Assembly (NCBI GenBank): GCA_964035545.1
Contig: OZ037767.1
Coordinates: 1,437,680-1,501,679, forward strand
Length of the DNA: 64,000 nucleotides
Origin: Bugula neritina
Taxonomy: Eukaryota > Animalia > Bryozoa
Direction of reading: 5' to 3'
Part shown: positions 60,001-64,000 of the stretch, piece after piece
Layout: the number at the start of each line of letters is the position of its first letter
Numbering within the stretch: the first letter of the stretch is position 1
Notes under the pieces: generated by a model
Databases searched by the model: none
What the model was told of the DNA's origin: nothing
The model's input: the letters and a program-made list of their open reading frames with translations, nothing else
Translations under genes and position numbers: made by a program

Positions 60001-62819
60001 TGTGAAGAGTATAAGAGGCTAGAGCTGTTTCCATATGTGTCTATATGATGTAATATAATAGATATAATAGATATATGTAAGGGGTATGTAAGGGGTGGGT
60101 AAGGGGTGGGTAAGGGGTATGTAAGGGGTATGTAAGGGGTATGCAAGGGGTGGGTAAGGGGTATGCAAGGGTTATGAGAGGTAATAAAATGGGTATGTAA
60201 GGGATATGCAAGGGTTATGTAAGGGGTATGAGAGGTATATGTAAGGGGTATGAGAGGGGTAGGGAAGGAGTAAGAAGGGGTGCATTCGTTTCATAAACAA
60301 TATATTCTCTCATACTAGTATGTTGGAATAATTTATTTTATTTTATACAATGTTCAATCATTGCTATTTTTTACTTGCTCGCTAACTTTGCCCACTTTCA
60401 GTTTGCTCAAATGTAGCTTTAAAAATAGCTGCTATAATCGTCAAGTCTGCCAAAAGGTCAAACTTGAGGTCGAATCAGTTTTCAGCCCCGGAGGTGCCAT
60501 TTTAAATGTCCCGGAGGTGCTGTTTCACTGCTTAAATTAATCTGAACCCACAGATTATTACACTATACTAGATTAGATTACAAAACTTGAGTGAATAAGA
60601 ACAGCGTTGGTAGTAATCAATACCTCAGAAGAGATATATGTGCATATAGATTATACCATAGTAGATAAAAGAACAATAATATAACAGATATAAAGAGAAA
60701 AAGCAGTGTGAAAAGAATATATGGCAATAGCCAGTTCTGGCATATGGAAGAGAATGAATAAGGAGTATTCTAATCACATTCAAGTGACCAATACTACTAT
60801 ACTCAGTGTATAATAGCTAGCTGCGTTAGGAACTAGGAGGGAAAGCTATCTGCATGTATATAAAGCTCTTGGGGAAACTATTGATGAGTTGATATAGTAA
60901 GCTGCAAATAGACTTATTATTAAATTAGTATGTACTAGTATATTCATGTCCTTGTCAACTATCCACTAACTACTACCATAAAACTTATCAACTCAATAGT
61001 CCTAGCTAGTACAAACGGGTTTGGGGCTTTTAATTTAGATATTAAATACTCAACACTTTCAAATCCAGCCAATCACACTCCCAGCAAATATAATACAGAC
61101 ATACCATAGTAACAGCTACTGAAAACAGATTTTTTTTTTTTATGTATTGCTAAAATTTTGCTGGTCTAAGAAAAATTCTTTGCTAACAGAAAATGTATGA
61201 AGAGCTCTTCTACCCCCCCCCCTACCTGAGGTTTCGTATACAAAGACTTTAGAACTACCTAAAGTATGGTAAATACTTATATCCTGATTATGACAAATCA
61301 AGGGCAGACCAGTGATGTCACTAGGGAATATCCAGTCATAATAGGCCCTTTAACTATATTGCCAATGTAACTCGAGACTAAAAATGTCCATCTTCCAAAA
61401 GCATGGATCTTGGGTTATTGCAACTATCAACAAACAGAAGTTGTTTCAGAAGTAAGTCAATGTGTTTTTATAGTTACTCAGCAAGTATCTACGCTGGCAG
61501 ATTATATTTCTAATCAAAACACAACAGAAATGAACATTTTACAAGTTGAAATTTTGGTAATGAAGTTTTTAACTTTTGCTTGGTTTATGATTCATGGATG
61601 ATAGATATGTTACAATGTTTACACTAGATAGATTTATTGATGAAATAACTCTCACAAATAAACAAAGCTTTTGGTCTCTTACAGCTACAGAAATATATTA
61701 CAAAAGCTATCTATTATTATCACCACAATCTAAAGTGACCAAAGATCTTGGTTCTTCCGATTCCATGTTTAATGAGAGGAAGGTTAGCAGCTGCCTCGTC
61801 AATTCAGAGCTAAATTTAGCTTTGGCTCACTTAGCCGGCATAGTATTATTTTTCCTTGGCTGGTATGTAATTAAATGTGTTTTGAGATCCATTTAACTTC
61901 GGATTAGAGCTGGTAACATGTTATATGATTGTAATTATCTAGCTAGAGCTGGTGAAAGCATGAATGACATCGTGAACTTTGATGTCACTAGCTAACCCAG
62001 CTTGATGCTGTTCCTTGCAGACTCAGCAGTGTTATGATTAAATGATTACCAGTTACAACAATATGGGTTACATTAGAGGCAAACTTGTCTGATGTATTAC
62101 TATTGTTCACCAGTAGCCCGACTTTTAAAATATTTTCTTTAGTGATTAAAGAGTTGATTTAACTCATAAATTGCTGTCACCAACAGATAATGGCTAGACA
62201 GTAGCTTGAGTAGACTTGTATCTAGTTTTTGAACACTGTGTATGGTTATTAAATTATCCAGTCTGCACAAAGCATGCAGTTACCATTCACAAAGAGTGGT
62301 TACATAAATACTAGGAGGAATAACTAGTAGTAAATGCAATGGGTCAGTTCAAGTGAGCTAAAAAGCTACAAATGATAAATGTTGGTTAAGATGGAAATAA
62401 AGATAACTAGGATTTTAAGGGAACGTTCTAGAACTAATCTCATAATATGGTAAACACTAAGTAATACAAACCACGGCCACGGACCAAACTATTCAAGTCA
62501 ATATATAATAATGGTTTCTAAAACTTGGTATATTTTAACCAAAATTCAATAGACCTTAAAAAACTTTCAAACTGGTAAAAAAGCATACCATTGGCAGTGT
62601 ACACTCCAGTTTAAAAGGTAACTACAGAAAAAAACTTTCTACCAACACTCATTCCCAGTCACACAAACCATCACCTTTAACTCACAATTCAAACAGAAGA
62701 ATTAAGCCCAGCATAATGAATCAGTAGCAAAGTCAAGGTTGCAATATATGTAGACCTCTACTTACCGTACGGAGAAAAGAGAAATCATCGTGTTCATCTG
62801 TTGAAGACCGGCTCTCCAT
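1..62819 (-). CDS. RyR: Ryanodine receptor gene, multi-exon, 3'-truncated by window edge (NTD through EF-hands and start of transmembrane/D1 region)
   Basis: Spliced translation has RyR hallmarks: [125 protein letters not shown]. Phases are consistent across 86 exons. Confidence 0.99.
175..439 (-). CDS. RyR: RyR exon 85, divergent D1 region
   Basis: Acceptor catcag; donor either CAG|gcgagt (exon end 175) or AAG|gtgttt (exon end 154), both phase 0. Confidence 0.82.
597..803 (-). CDS. RyR: RyR exon 84, hydrophobic auxiliary membrane helices
   Basis: ag/gtaagt borders, phase fit, hydrophobic/amphipathic segments at the expected position. Confidence 0.88.
1353..1456 (-). CDS. RyR: RyR exon 83 (MQHATSIS)
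   Basis: ag/gtatgt borders, conserved motif. Confidence 0.92.
1625..1723 (-). CDS. RyR: RyR exon 82 (ESKR...FCEDTIFE)
   Basis: ag/gt borders, conserved motif. Confidence 0.96.
1735..1929. repeat. 27-bp intronic minisatellite (aacatatacatatacaatgtagagagt)
   Basis: About 7 visible copies. Confidence 0.95.
1957..2113 (-). CDS. RyR: RyR exon 81, thumb-and-forefingers ([10 protein letters not shown]...ERVYFEI...QWEKPQIK)
   Basis: ag/gt borders, conserved motif. Confidence 0.96.
2165..2320. repeat. 34-bp tandem repeat containing exon 80 donor copies
   Basis: agctcacctgggg occurs 5 times. Confidence 0.93.
2313..2474 (-). CDS. RyR: RyR exon 80, EF-hand 2 ([13 protein letters not shown]...[19 protein letters not shown])
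   Basis: ag/gt borders, conserved motif. Confidence 0.96.
3675..3754 (-). CDS. RyR: RyR exon 79b, mutually exclusive EF-hand 1 ([26 protein letters not shown])
   Basis: tcacag|80 nt|gtaaga, phase 0/2, EF-hand loop, paralogous to 79a. Confidence 0.9.
3798..3877 (-). CDS. RyR: RyR exon 79a, mutually exclusive EF-hand 1 ([26 protein letters not shown])
   Basis: ttcag|80 nt|gtttgt, phase 0/2, EF-hand loop. Confidence 0.88.
4049..4185 (-). CDS. RyR: RyR exon 78 ([18 protein letters not shown]...FLKMKD)
   Basis: ag/gt borders, conserved motif. Confidence 0.96.
4304..4490 (-). CDS. RyR: RyR exon 77 (GPCQGNQ...[13 protein letters not shown])
   Basis: ag/gt borders, conserved motif. Confidence 0.96.
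4644..4699. repeat. 20-bp tandem repeat containing exon 76 donor
   Basis: acacacctggatgta x3. Confidence 0.9.
4691..4908 (-). CDS. RyR: RyR exon 76 (QNYLRTQ...DFYWHYS...LTEYIQ)
   Basis: ag/gt borders, conserved motif. Confidence 0.96.
5252..5415 (-). CDS. RyR: RyR exon 75, core solenoid (VLDLDAFER...[13 protein letters not shown])
   Basis: ag/gt borders, conserved Ca2+-site Glu. Confidence 0.96.
5451..5575. repeat. 21-bp tandem repeat containing exon 74 donor
   Basis: aacctaacc...tactgt about 6 copies. Confidence 0.9.
5569..5726 (-). CDS. RyR: RyR exon 74 (GIALLLGGN...EKKDVGFF)
   Basis: ag/gt borders, conserved motif. Confidence 0.95.
5832..5930 (-). CDS. RyR: RyR exon 73 ([10 protein letters not shown]...ISASK)
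   Basis: ag/gt borders, conserved motif. Confidence 0.95.
6705..6725 (-). CDS. RyR: Candidate 21-nt microexon (MHLTNIK)
   Basis: catcttag|21 nt|gtaagc, phase 0/0. Confidence 0.55.
7068..7162 (-). CDS. RyR: RyR exon 72 (IMGKSC + acidic stretch)
   Basis: ag/gt borders, conserved motif. Confidence 0.93.
7224..7345. repeat. 56-bp tandem duplication spanning exon 71 donor
   Basis: cgtctgcactaacctaggacagtataacaccagt...ctcacgta repeated. Confidence 0.9.
7322..7478 (-). CDS. RyR: RyR exon 71 (PDPLRQLV...DQLY)
   Basis: ag/gt borders, conserved motif. Confidence 0.93.
7681..7887 (-). CDS. RyR: RyR exon 70, calmodulin-binding helix ([25 protein letters not shown])
   Basis: ag/gt borders, conserved CaM-binding motif. 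Confidence 0.96.
8660..8815 (-). CDS. RyR: RyR exon 69 (RWQKALY...AKVLYGLHL)
   Basis: ag/gt borders, conserved motif. Confidence 0.94.
9416..9427 (-). CDS. RyR: Candidate 12-nt microexon (KYSM)
   Basis: gttacag|AAGTACTCAATG|gtaggt, phase 0/0, TGCATG ~60 nt downstream. Confidence 0.55.
9614..9673 (-). CDS. RyR: RyR exon 68 ([12 protein letters not shown])
   Basis: ag/gt borders, phase 0/0. Confidence 0.88.
10825..10869 (-). CDS. RyR: Candidate 45-nt cassette exon ([15 protein letters not shown])
   Basis: tttatag|45 nt|gtaatg, phase 0/0. Confidence 0.62.
11506..11523 (-). CDS. RyR: Candidate 18-nt microexon (LARIEG)
   Basis: gttatag|18 nt|gtaaga, phase 0/0. Confidence 0.6.
11675..11790 (-). 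CDS. RyR: RyR exon 67 ([16 protein letters not shown])
   Basis: ag/gt borders, conserved motif. Confidence 0.95.
11917..12067 (-). CDS. RyR: RyR exon 66 (FRRAE...NEINNM...KKKSRRR)
   Basis: ag/gt borders, conserved motif. Confidence 0.93.
12272..12430 (-). CDS. RyR: RyR exon 65 ([16 protein letters not shown]...FNFWS)
   Basis: ag/gt borders, conserved motif. Confidence 0.95.
12453..12801. repeat. 20-bp near-perfect minisatellite (taacataagagatcattgaa)
   Basis: About 17 near-identical copies. Confidence 0.97.
13049..13227 (-). CDS. RyR: RyR exon 64
   Basis: ag/gt borders, phase fit. Confidence 0.92.
13633..13799 (-). CDS. RyR: RyR exon 63 ([11 protein letters not shown]...APWMNRIA)
   Basis: ag/gt borders, conserved motif. 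Confidence 0.95.
13946..14087 (-). CDS. RyR: RyR exon 62 ([11 protein letters not shown])
   Basis: ag/gt borders, conserved motif. Confidence 0.95.
14496..14647 (-). CDS. RyR: RyR exon 61 (HRPALGEC...FPVAFLEP)
   Basis: ag/gt borders, conserved motif. Confidence 0.95.
15629..15655 (-). CDS. RyR: RyR exon 60, 27-nt microexon (EQFSKELLR)
   Basis: ttacag|27 nt|gtagac, phase 2/2; supplies the helix expected before HRPALG. Confidence 0.8.
16174..16255 (-). CDS. RyR: RyR exon 59 ([14 protein letters not shown])
   Basis: ag/gtaagt borders, conserved motif. Confidence 0.94.
16965..17203 (-). CDS. RyR: RyR exon 58 (NAAEDL...[11 protein letters not shown])
   Basis: ag/gt borders, conserved motif. 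Confidence 0.94.
17574..17684 (-). CDS. RyR: RyR exon 57 (LFCKL...AIDA)
   Basis: ag/gt borders, conserved motif. Confidence 0.94.
18035..18138 (-). CDS. RyR: RyR exon 56 ([10 protein letters not shown]...[11 protein letters not shown])
   Basis: ag/gt borders, conserved KEKEMV. Confidence 0.94.
18135..18660. repeat. 30-bp minisatellite, each unit carrying a copy of the exon 56 acceptor
   Basis: ccacct(g/a)caagagataacattaaagtgaaa about 17 copies. Confidence 0.97.
18848..19040 (-). CDS. RyR: RyR exon 55 ([13 protein letters not shown]...IKFFGK)
   Basis: ag/gt borders, conserved motif. Confidence 0.95.
19542..19631 (-). CDS. RyR: Candidate 90-nt cassette exon ([20 protein letters not shown]...)
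   Basis: caatag|90 nt|gtgagt, symmetric phase 2, open frame. Confidence 0.78.
20939..21138 (-). CDS. RyR: RyR exon 54, RyR repeat 4 ([15 protein letters not shown])
   Basis: ag/gt borders, conserved motif. Confidence 0.95.
21156..21284. repeat. Degenerate ~22-bp repeat (tatgagtcatagt...) next to exon 54 acceptor
   Basis: tatgagtcat occurs 6 times. Confidence 0.8.
21401..21691 (-). CDS. RyR: RyR exon 53, repeat 3 and repeat 3-4 linker
   Basis: ag/gt borders; WLYGE, HPSL, PSPLDL motifs. Confidence 0.94.
21950..22183 (-). CDS. RyR: RyR exon 52 ([16 protein letters not shown]...FAEHYHDLW), start of RyR repeat 3
   Basis: ag/gt borders, conserved motif. Confidence 0.95.
22216..22507. repeat. 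40-bp minisatellite
   Basis: taactatatgatagacacgcatctatttgtgtatttacag about 7 copies. Confidence 0.95.
22784..23009 (-). CDS. RyR: RyR exon 51 ([11 protein letters not shown]...FDAL)
   Basis: ag/gt borders, conserved motif. Confidence 0.95.
23208..23408. mobile_element. Dispersed ~200-bp repeat, copy 1 (probable non-autonomous element fragment)
   Basis: Highly similar direct copy at 26049-26249. Confidence 0.65.
23464..23684 (-). CDS. RyR: RyR exon 50 (ALALNRYL...LHTVYRLSK)
   Basis: ag/gt borders, conserved motif. Confidence 0.95.
23986..24252 (-). CDS. RyR: RyR exon 49 ([10 protein letters not shown]...FLERVYGI)
   Basis: ag/gt borders, conserved motif. Confidence 0.95.
24440..24546. repeat. 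22-bp repeat abutting exon 48 donor
   Basis: ggatgtgatgtcact x5. Confidence 0.93.
24550..24765 (-). CDS. RyR: RyR exon 48 ([24 protein letters not shown])
   Basis: ag/gt borders, conserved motif. Confidence 0.95.
24900..25083. repeat. ~41-bp repeat containing exon 47 end and donor
   Basis: agtacctgttcactcatgacaatg about 4-5 copies. Confidence 0.93.
25065..25207 (-). CDS. RyR: RyR exon 47 ([28 protein letters not shown])
   Basis: ag/gt borders, conserved motif. Confidence 0.96.
25313..25451. repeat. ~16-bp repeat (acacatttacatct)
   Basis: About 9 copies. Confidence 0.88.
26049..26249. mobile_element. Dispersed ~200-bp repeat, copy 2
   Basis: Highly similar to 23208-23408, same orientation. 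Confidence 0.65.
26421..26441 (-). CDS. RyR: Candidate 21-nt microexon (GDCSGEE)
   Basis: cccctttag|21 nt|gtaggc, symmetric phase 1. Confidence 0.6.
26759..26861 (-). CDS. RyR: RyR exon 46 ([26 protein letters not shown])
   Basis: ag/gt borders, conserved motif. Confidence 0.96.
27275..27411 (-). CDS. RyR: RyR exon 45 ([21 protein letters not shown])
   Basis: ag/gt borders, conserved motif. Confidence 0.96.
27430..28536. repeat. 30-bp minisatellite filling intron 44 (tatactatacataagatgatatccacagaa)
   Basis: About 37 copies. Confidence 0.98.
28543..28682 (-). CDS. RyR: RyR exon 44 ([23 protein letters not shown])
   Basis: ag/gt borders, conserved motif. Confidence 0.96.
28858..28971 (-). 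CDS. RyR: RyR exon 43, bridging solenoid ([12 protein letters not shown])
   Basis: ag/gt borders, conserved motif. Confidence 0.95.
29513..29661 (-). CDS. RyR: RyR exon 42 (ALSKTY...IRSLLSVQ)
   Basis: ag/gt borders, conserved motif. Confidence 0.94.
30121..30338. repeat. 32-bp repeat containing exon 41 end and GAG|gtaagt donor
   Basis: tatacttacctctcctagagcatcatactgt about 6 copies. Confidence 0.95.
30315..30439 (-). CDS. RyR: RyR exon 41 ([18 protein letters not shown])
   Basis: ag/gt borders, conserved motif. Confidence 0.95.
30846..31101 (-). CDS. RyR: RyR exon 40 (MRSAINF...FHDQLMSHC)
   Basis: ag/gt borders, phase fit. Confidence 0.92.
31634..31790 (-). CDS. RyR: RyR exon 39 (HRIEA...[15 protein letters not shown])
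   Basis: ag/gt borders, conserved motif. Confidence 0.95.
32256..32456 (-). CDS. RyR: RyR exon 38 ([12 protein letters not shown]...HLCDAQVR)
   Basis: ag/gt borders, conserved motif. Confidence 0.94.
32787..32950 (-). CDS. RyR: RyR exon 37 (PLDKLK...HIRDPIGGS)
   Basis: ag/gt borders, conserved motif. Confidence 0.94.
33115..33225 (-). CDS. RyR: RyR exon 36 (...LTIRPKL)
   Basis: ag/gt borders, phase fit. Confidence 0.88.
33791..33832 (-). CDS. RyR: Candidate 42-nt cassette exon ([14 protein letters not shown])
   Basis: gtttag|42 nt|gtaaat, symmetric phase 0. Confidence 0.65.
34267..34400 (-). CDS. RyR: RyR exon 35, junctional solenoid ([14 protein letters not shown])
   Basis: ag/gt borders, conserved motif. 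Confidence 0.94.
34696..35086 (-). CDS. RyR: RyR exon 34 ([10 protein letters not shown]...[10 protein letters not shown]...FHAKTLQLY)
   Basis: ag/gt borders, conserved motif. Confidence 0.96.
35252..35338 (-). CDS. RyR: RyR exon 33 (VEPGTKLFP...FEIGR)
   Basis: ag/gt borders, conserved motif. Confidence 0.95.
35477..35666 (-). CDS. RyR: RyR exon 32, SPRY3 (LIGCLIN...LTFTLNG)
   Basis: ag/gt borders, conserved motif. Confidence 0.94.
35779..35969 (-). CDS. RyR: RyR exon 31, SPRY3 ([13 protein letters not shown]...VYVGW)
   Basis: ag/gt borders, conserved motif. Confidence 0.94.
36423..36561 (-). CDS. RyR: RyR exon 30, divergent linker
   Basis: ag/gt borders, phase fit. Confidence 0.87.
36787..36929. 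repeat. 47-bp repeat containing exon 29 end and donor
   Basis: ataatactcacctctccttctctcgtatgctagatctagttat x3, degenerate copies down to ~36654. Confidence 0.93.
36892..36996 (-). CDS. RyR: RyR exon 29 ([18 protein letters not shown])
   Basis: ag/gtgagt borders, symmetric phase 2; tandem TAGTAG acceptor. Confidence 0.82.
37119..37266 (-). CDS. RyR: RyR exon 28, divergent linker ([10 protein letters not shown]...)
   Basis: ag/gtaagt borders, phase fit. Confidence 0.85.
37660..38050. repeat. 30-bp minisatellite (gagatgagtacgtctgcactggcaatgaga)
   Basis: About 13 copies. Confidence 0.95.
38313..38342 (-). CDS. RyR: Candidate 30-nt microexon (GRSLSASSK)
   Basis: ctctag|30 nt|gtaagt, symmetric phase 1. 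Confidence 0.68.
38805..38903 (-). CDS. RyR: Candidate 99-nt cassette exon ([15 protein letters not shown]...RQISFRK)
   Basis: cctcctccag|...|gtaagt, symmetric phase 1, open frame. Confidence 0.72.
39281..39381 (-). CDS. RyR: RyR exon 27, divergent linker
   Basis: ag/gtgagt borders; needed for the phase 2 to phase 1 change. Confidence 0.85.
39666..39794 (-). CDS. RyR: RyR exon 26 ([10 protein letters not shown])
   Basis: ag/gt borders, conserved RLSLP. Confidence 0.93.
39924..40031 (-). CDS. RyR: RyR exon 25 ([10 protein letters not shown])
   Basis: ag/gt borders, phase fit. Confidence 0.92.
40249..40331. repeat. 24-bp repeat containing exon 24 donor
   Basis: aacacttacat...tctacaga x3-4. 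Confidence 0.88.
40330..40625 (-). CDS. RyR: RyR exon 24, SPRY2 ([10 protein letters not shown]...[11 protein letters not shown])
   Basis: ag/gt borders, conserved motif. Confidence 0.96.
40899..41019 (-). CDS. RyR: RyR exon 23, SPRY2 (YFEFE...MRVGWA...YVFDG)
   Basis: ag/gt borders, conserved motif. Confidence 0.95.
41145..41229 (-). CDS. RyR: RyR exon 22 (SYSVNSGKW)
   Basis: ag/gt borders, phase fit. Confidence 0.92.
42085..42173 (-). CDS. RyR: RyR exon 21 ([16 protein letters not shown])
   Basis: Conserved motif; donor position slightly uncertain. Confidence 0.88.
42226..42540. repeat. Degenerate tgactcactg-based repeat
   Basis: Recurrent gactcactg/ccagta units with an ~85-bp duplicated block. 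Confidence 0.8.
42609..42842 (-). CDS. RyR: RyR exon 20, RyR repeat 2 (GYKPMPLDL...[14 protein letters not shown])
   Basis: ag/gt borders, conserved motif. Confidence 0.96.
42845..42990. repeat. 30-bp repeat containing copies of exon 20 acceptor region
   Basis: caacaaccaataagatagcattactgtctg x4 plus a degenerate copy. Confidence 0.93.
43269..43619. repeat. 21-bp minisatellite (tataatacagcaggtagagta)
   Basis: About 16 copies. Confidence 0.96.
43629..43816 (-). CDS. RyR: RyR exon 19 (KKHPCL...[11 protein letters not shown])
   Basis: ag/gt borders, conserved motif. Confidence 0.95.
44072..44176 (-). CDS. RyR: RyR exon 18, RyR repeat 1 ([11 protein letters not shown])
   Basis: ag/gt borders, conserved motif. 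Confidence 0.95.
44513..44723 (-). CDS. RyR: RyR exon 17 (RFMLGGEHG...FVPNPIDTS)
   Basis: ag/gt borders, conserved motif. Confidence 0.95.
45019..45161 (-). CDS. RyR: RyR exon 16, SPRY1 ([10 protein letters not shown]...FFPVVS)
   Basis: ag/gt borders, conserved motif. Confidence 0.95.
45305..45593 (-). CDS. RyR: RyR exon 15, SPRY1 (RPNIF...KKWYYEV...[11 protein letters not shown])
   Basis: ag/gt borders, conserved motif. Confidence 0.96.
46063..46196 (-). CDS. RyR: RyR exon 14 ([12 protein letters not shown]...RDLLLQT)
   Basis: ag/gt borders, conserved motif. Confidence 0.95.
46637..46857 (-). CDS. RyR: RyR exon 13 ([13 protein letters not shown]...LDKHGRDPK)
   Basis: ag/gt borders, conserved motif. 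Confidence 0.96.
47251..47454 (-). CDS. RyR: RyR exon 12, RIH/NTD-C ([14 protein letters not shown])
   Basis: ag/gt borders, conserved motif. Confidence 0.95.
47569..47706 (-). CDS. RyR: RyR exon 11 ([12 protein letters not shown])
   Basis: ag/gt borders, conserved motif. Confidence 0.93.
48233..48259 (-). CDS. RyR: Candidate 27-nt cassette microexon (AQVLKKSTA)
   Basis: tttgtag|27 nt|gtaaagt, symmetric phase 1, no stop. Confidence 0.55.
49466..49615 (-). CDS. RyR: RyR exon 10 (EEGHMDDG...LFNKFIK)
   Basis: ag/gt borders, conserved motif. Confidence 0.95.
50001..50139 (-). CDS. RyR: RyR exon 9 ([13 protein letters not shown]...WLSY)
   Basis: ag/gt borders, conserved motif. Confidence 0.95.
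50272..50503 (-). CDS. RyR: RyR exon 8 (QARSLWR...[11 protein letters not shown])
   Basis: ag/gt borders, conserved motif. Confidence 0.95.
50838..50925 (-). CDS. RyR: RyR exon 7, MIR/NTD-B ([14 protein letters not shown])
   Basis: ag/gt borders, conserved motif. Confidence 0.94.
51026..51122 (-). CDS. RyR: RyR exon 6 ([12 protein letters not shown])
   Basis: ag/gt borders, phase fit. Confidence 0.92.
51407..51595 (-). CDS. RyR: RyR exon 5 (YLSCL...[22 protein letters not shown]...ERYL)
   Basis: ag/gt borders, conserved motif. Confidence 0.96.
51989..52060 (-). CDS. RyR: RyR exon 4 ([13 protein letters not shown])
   Basis: Conserved motif; acceptor could alternatively be the in-frame site at 52051. 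Confidence 0.9.
52100..52415. repeat. AT-rich pentamer microsatellite (tataa/tacag/tatag)
   Basis: Low-complexity tandem pentamers. Confidence 0.9.
52426..52527 (-). CDS. RyR: RyR exon 3 ([23 protein letters not shown])
   Basis: ag/gt borders, conserved motif. Confidence 0.95.
53828..53944 (-). CDS. RyR: RyR exon 2, NTD-A (NDYICLSC...[12 protein letters not shown])
   Basis: ag/gt borders, conserved motif. Confidence 0.95.
53963..54224. repeat. 14-bp minisatellite (acttacagtgacat) next to exon 2 acceptor
   Basis: About 18 copies. Confidence 0.96.
55630..55665 (-). CDS. RyR: Candidate alternative first coding exon ([12 protein letters not shown])
   Basis: acaacATGG start context, 12 codons, donor CAG|gttagt, phase 0 matching exon 2. 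Confidence 0.55.
56311..56437. repeat. 17-bp repeat (gctactgtgtgtcacat)
   Basis: About 7 copies. Confidence 0.92.
60077..60262 (+). repeat. 11-bp G-rich repeat (gtaaggggtat)
   Basis: Many GGGG/GGG tracts at 11-bp period. Confidence 0.9.
62766..62819 (-). CDS. RyR: RyR exon 1 ([18 protein letters not shown])
   Basis: ATG, conserved RyR N-terminal DD.SFLRT, donor ACG|gtaag, phase 0. Confidence 0.93.
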
Positions 62820-64000
62820 AGCACAAGCTTATACCTGGTGAATTACCAACAGATATACTACTACATGGTGATAGTTAGAAACTAGTATATCTACTAAACA
62901 TAGCAGTCAATGCTAAAGTCAGCAATCAATCAATATTTGCTGACCTAGCATCAAACCATCACAAGGTCTATGTAACGTGTACTATGACAATGCTAATAAT
63001 AACAACTAGCAGATGTCTACTACACAGATAAACCATTCACTCTGCTGTCTGCACAAATTCACCTGAGACAAGTCGCTGCCACCAGTAACGCTGCCACCAG
63101 TAATGCTGTCAGTAGTAGAGCTAAATAAATCCACAAAACAGCTCTTGGACTCTCAGATGTACAATGAATCCATTATTTGTTATTTCTACTCTCCATGAAG
63201 GATTTTTTCTTTTTTTACAGAAGCAAGCAATTATGAGTTTATGCACTGAAATTCTCCACTAATGCCTCGTGTGTTGAAAACAGATGCTATTGATACGGAG
63301 TACACTAAGCCGACTGGAGCAGTGTAATGCATGCCAATATAAATATCAGACCAACTGCATAAATGTTATAATGGAATTCCAAGGGATGCAATCGGCTTAC
63401 TATCAAACACATTGTACATAATCAATTCCCGATTTAAATAGGGCATGAAGAGCTGGGGAGTAATTACACATGAGAACAAATTTAACCCACGATATATCTG
63501 TGTGTAGATATCGTATGGCGACGTGTATGAATAATTATAAATATTTCTCCATCTGTTCTTACCGATATTACTAACAATAAATAAATAAAAATTACAAGAA
63601 TAAATCCTATGCTAGTTTATATGTTATTATTAGAAGTTGCATATTTCAGCAACTCCTAATTTAAGTAATAAAAATACCTTCACTAAAATTATAGCAATGC
63701 AGCACTTTTTTTCTTAGCTGGTATAACCCTGTCTTTATTCACATTAAAATAAATTTTAATATGCAAAAACAACTTGTTTACTAGTATACTAAAACAACTG
63801 CAGTATTCACAGTGGCAAAGAGTTACAGTGGATTAGTCTTAGAGGTTTGTGCAAAATAGTTCTTGCAGACTAAGTTTGGGTTTTTTGCAAATTACAATGT
63901 GTAGAATTTTGAATGAATTTTTAAACTAAAAATAGAGATCTAAACTAAAAACATATAATATGTAGCCTATATAAACACCTTGCTCTGCCTTTTATCATTA

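Noticed and set aside
56600-62700. Nested gene or autonomous transposon in intron 1
   Set aside because: Only short low-complexity ORFs; no transposase, reverse transcriptase or other recognisable motifs seen
1-62819. Alternative identity as an IP3 receptor
   Set aside because: SPRY domains, RyR repeats 1-4 and a length above 4,400 codons are RyR-specific

Overview
The window is AT-rich animal (invertebrate-like) genomic DNA, occupied almost entirely by one minus-strand ryanodine receptor (RyR) gene. I assembled 86 core coding exons by hand from ATG 62819 to the left edge. They total about 13.5 kb of CDS (~4,500 codons) and splice phases are consistent at every junction. The pore-forming C-terminus lies beyond position 1. 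There are no prokaryotic features, RNA genes or CRISPR arrays; the long ORFs in the supplied track are tandem-repeat artefacts. The interesting biology is in the splicing architecture. (1) Two 80-nt mutually exclusive exons, 43 nt apart, swap EF-hand 1. (2) About ten frame-preserving cassette exons or microexons (12-99 nt) are present, several with downstream TGCATG motifs. (3) There is a candidate alternative first exon ([12 protein letters not shown]). (4) There is a candidate recursive AG|GT site and a GC-AG intron. (5) Many intronic tandem repeats have units containing copies of the neighbouring splice donor or acceptor, creating arrays of decoy splice sites. All exon calls are manual predictions without transcript evidence.
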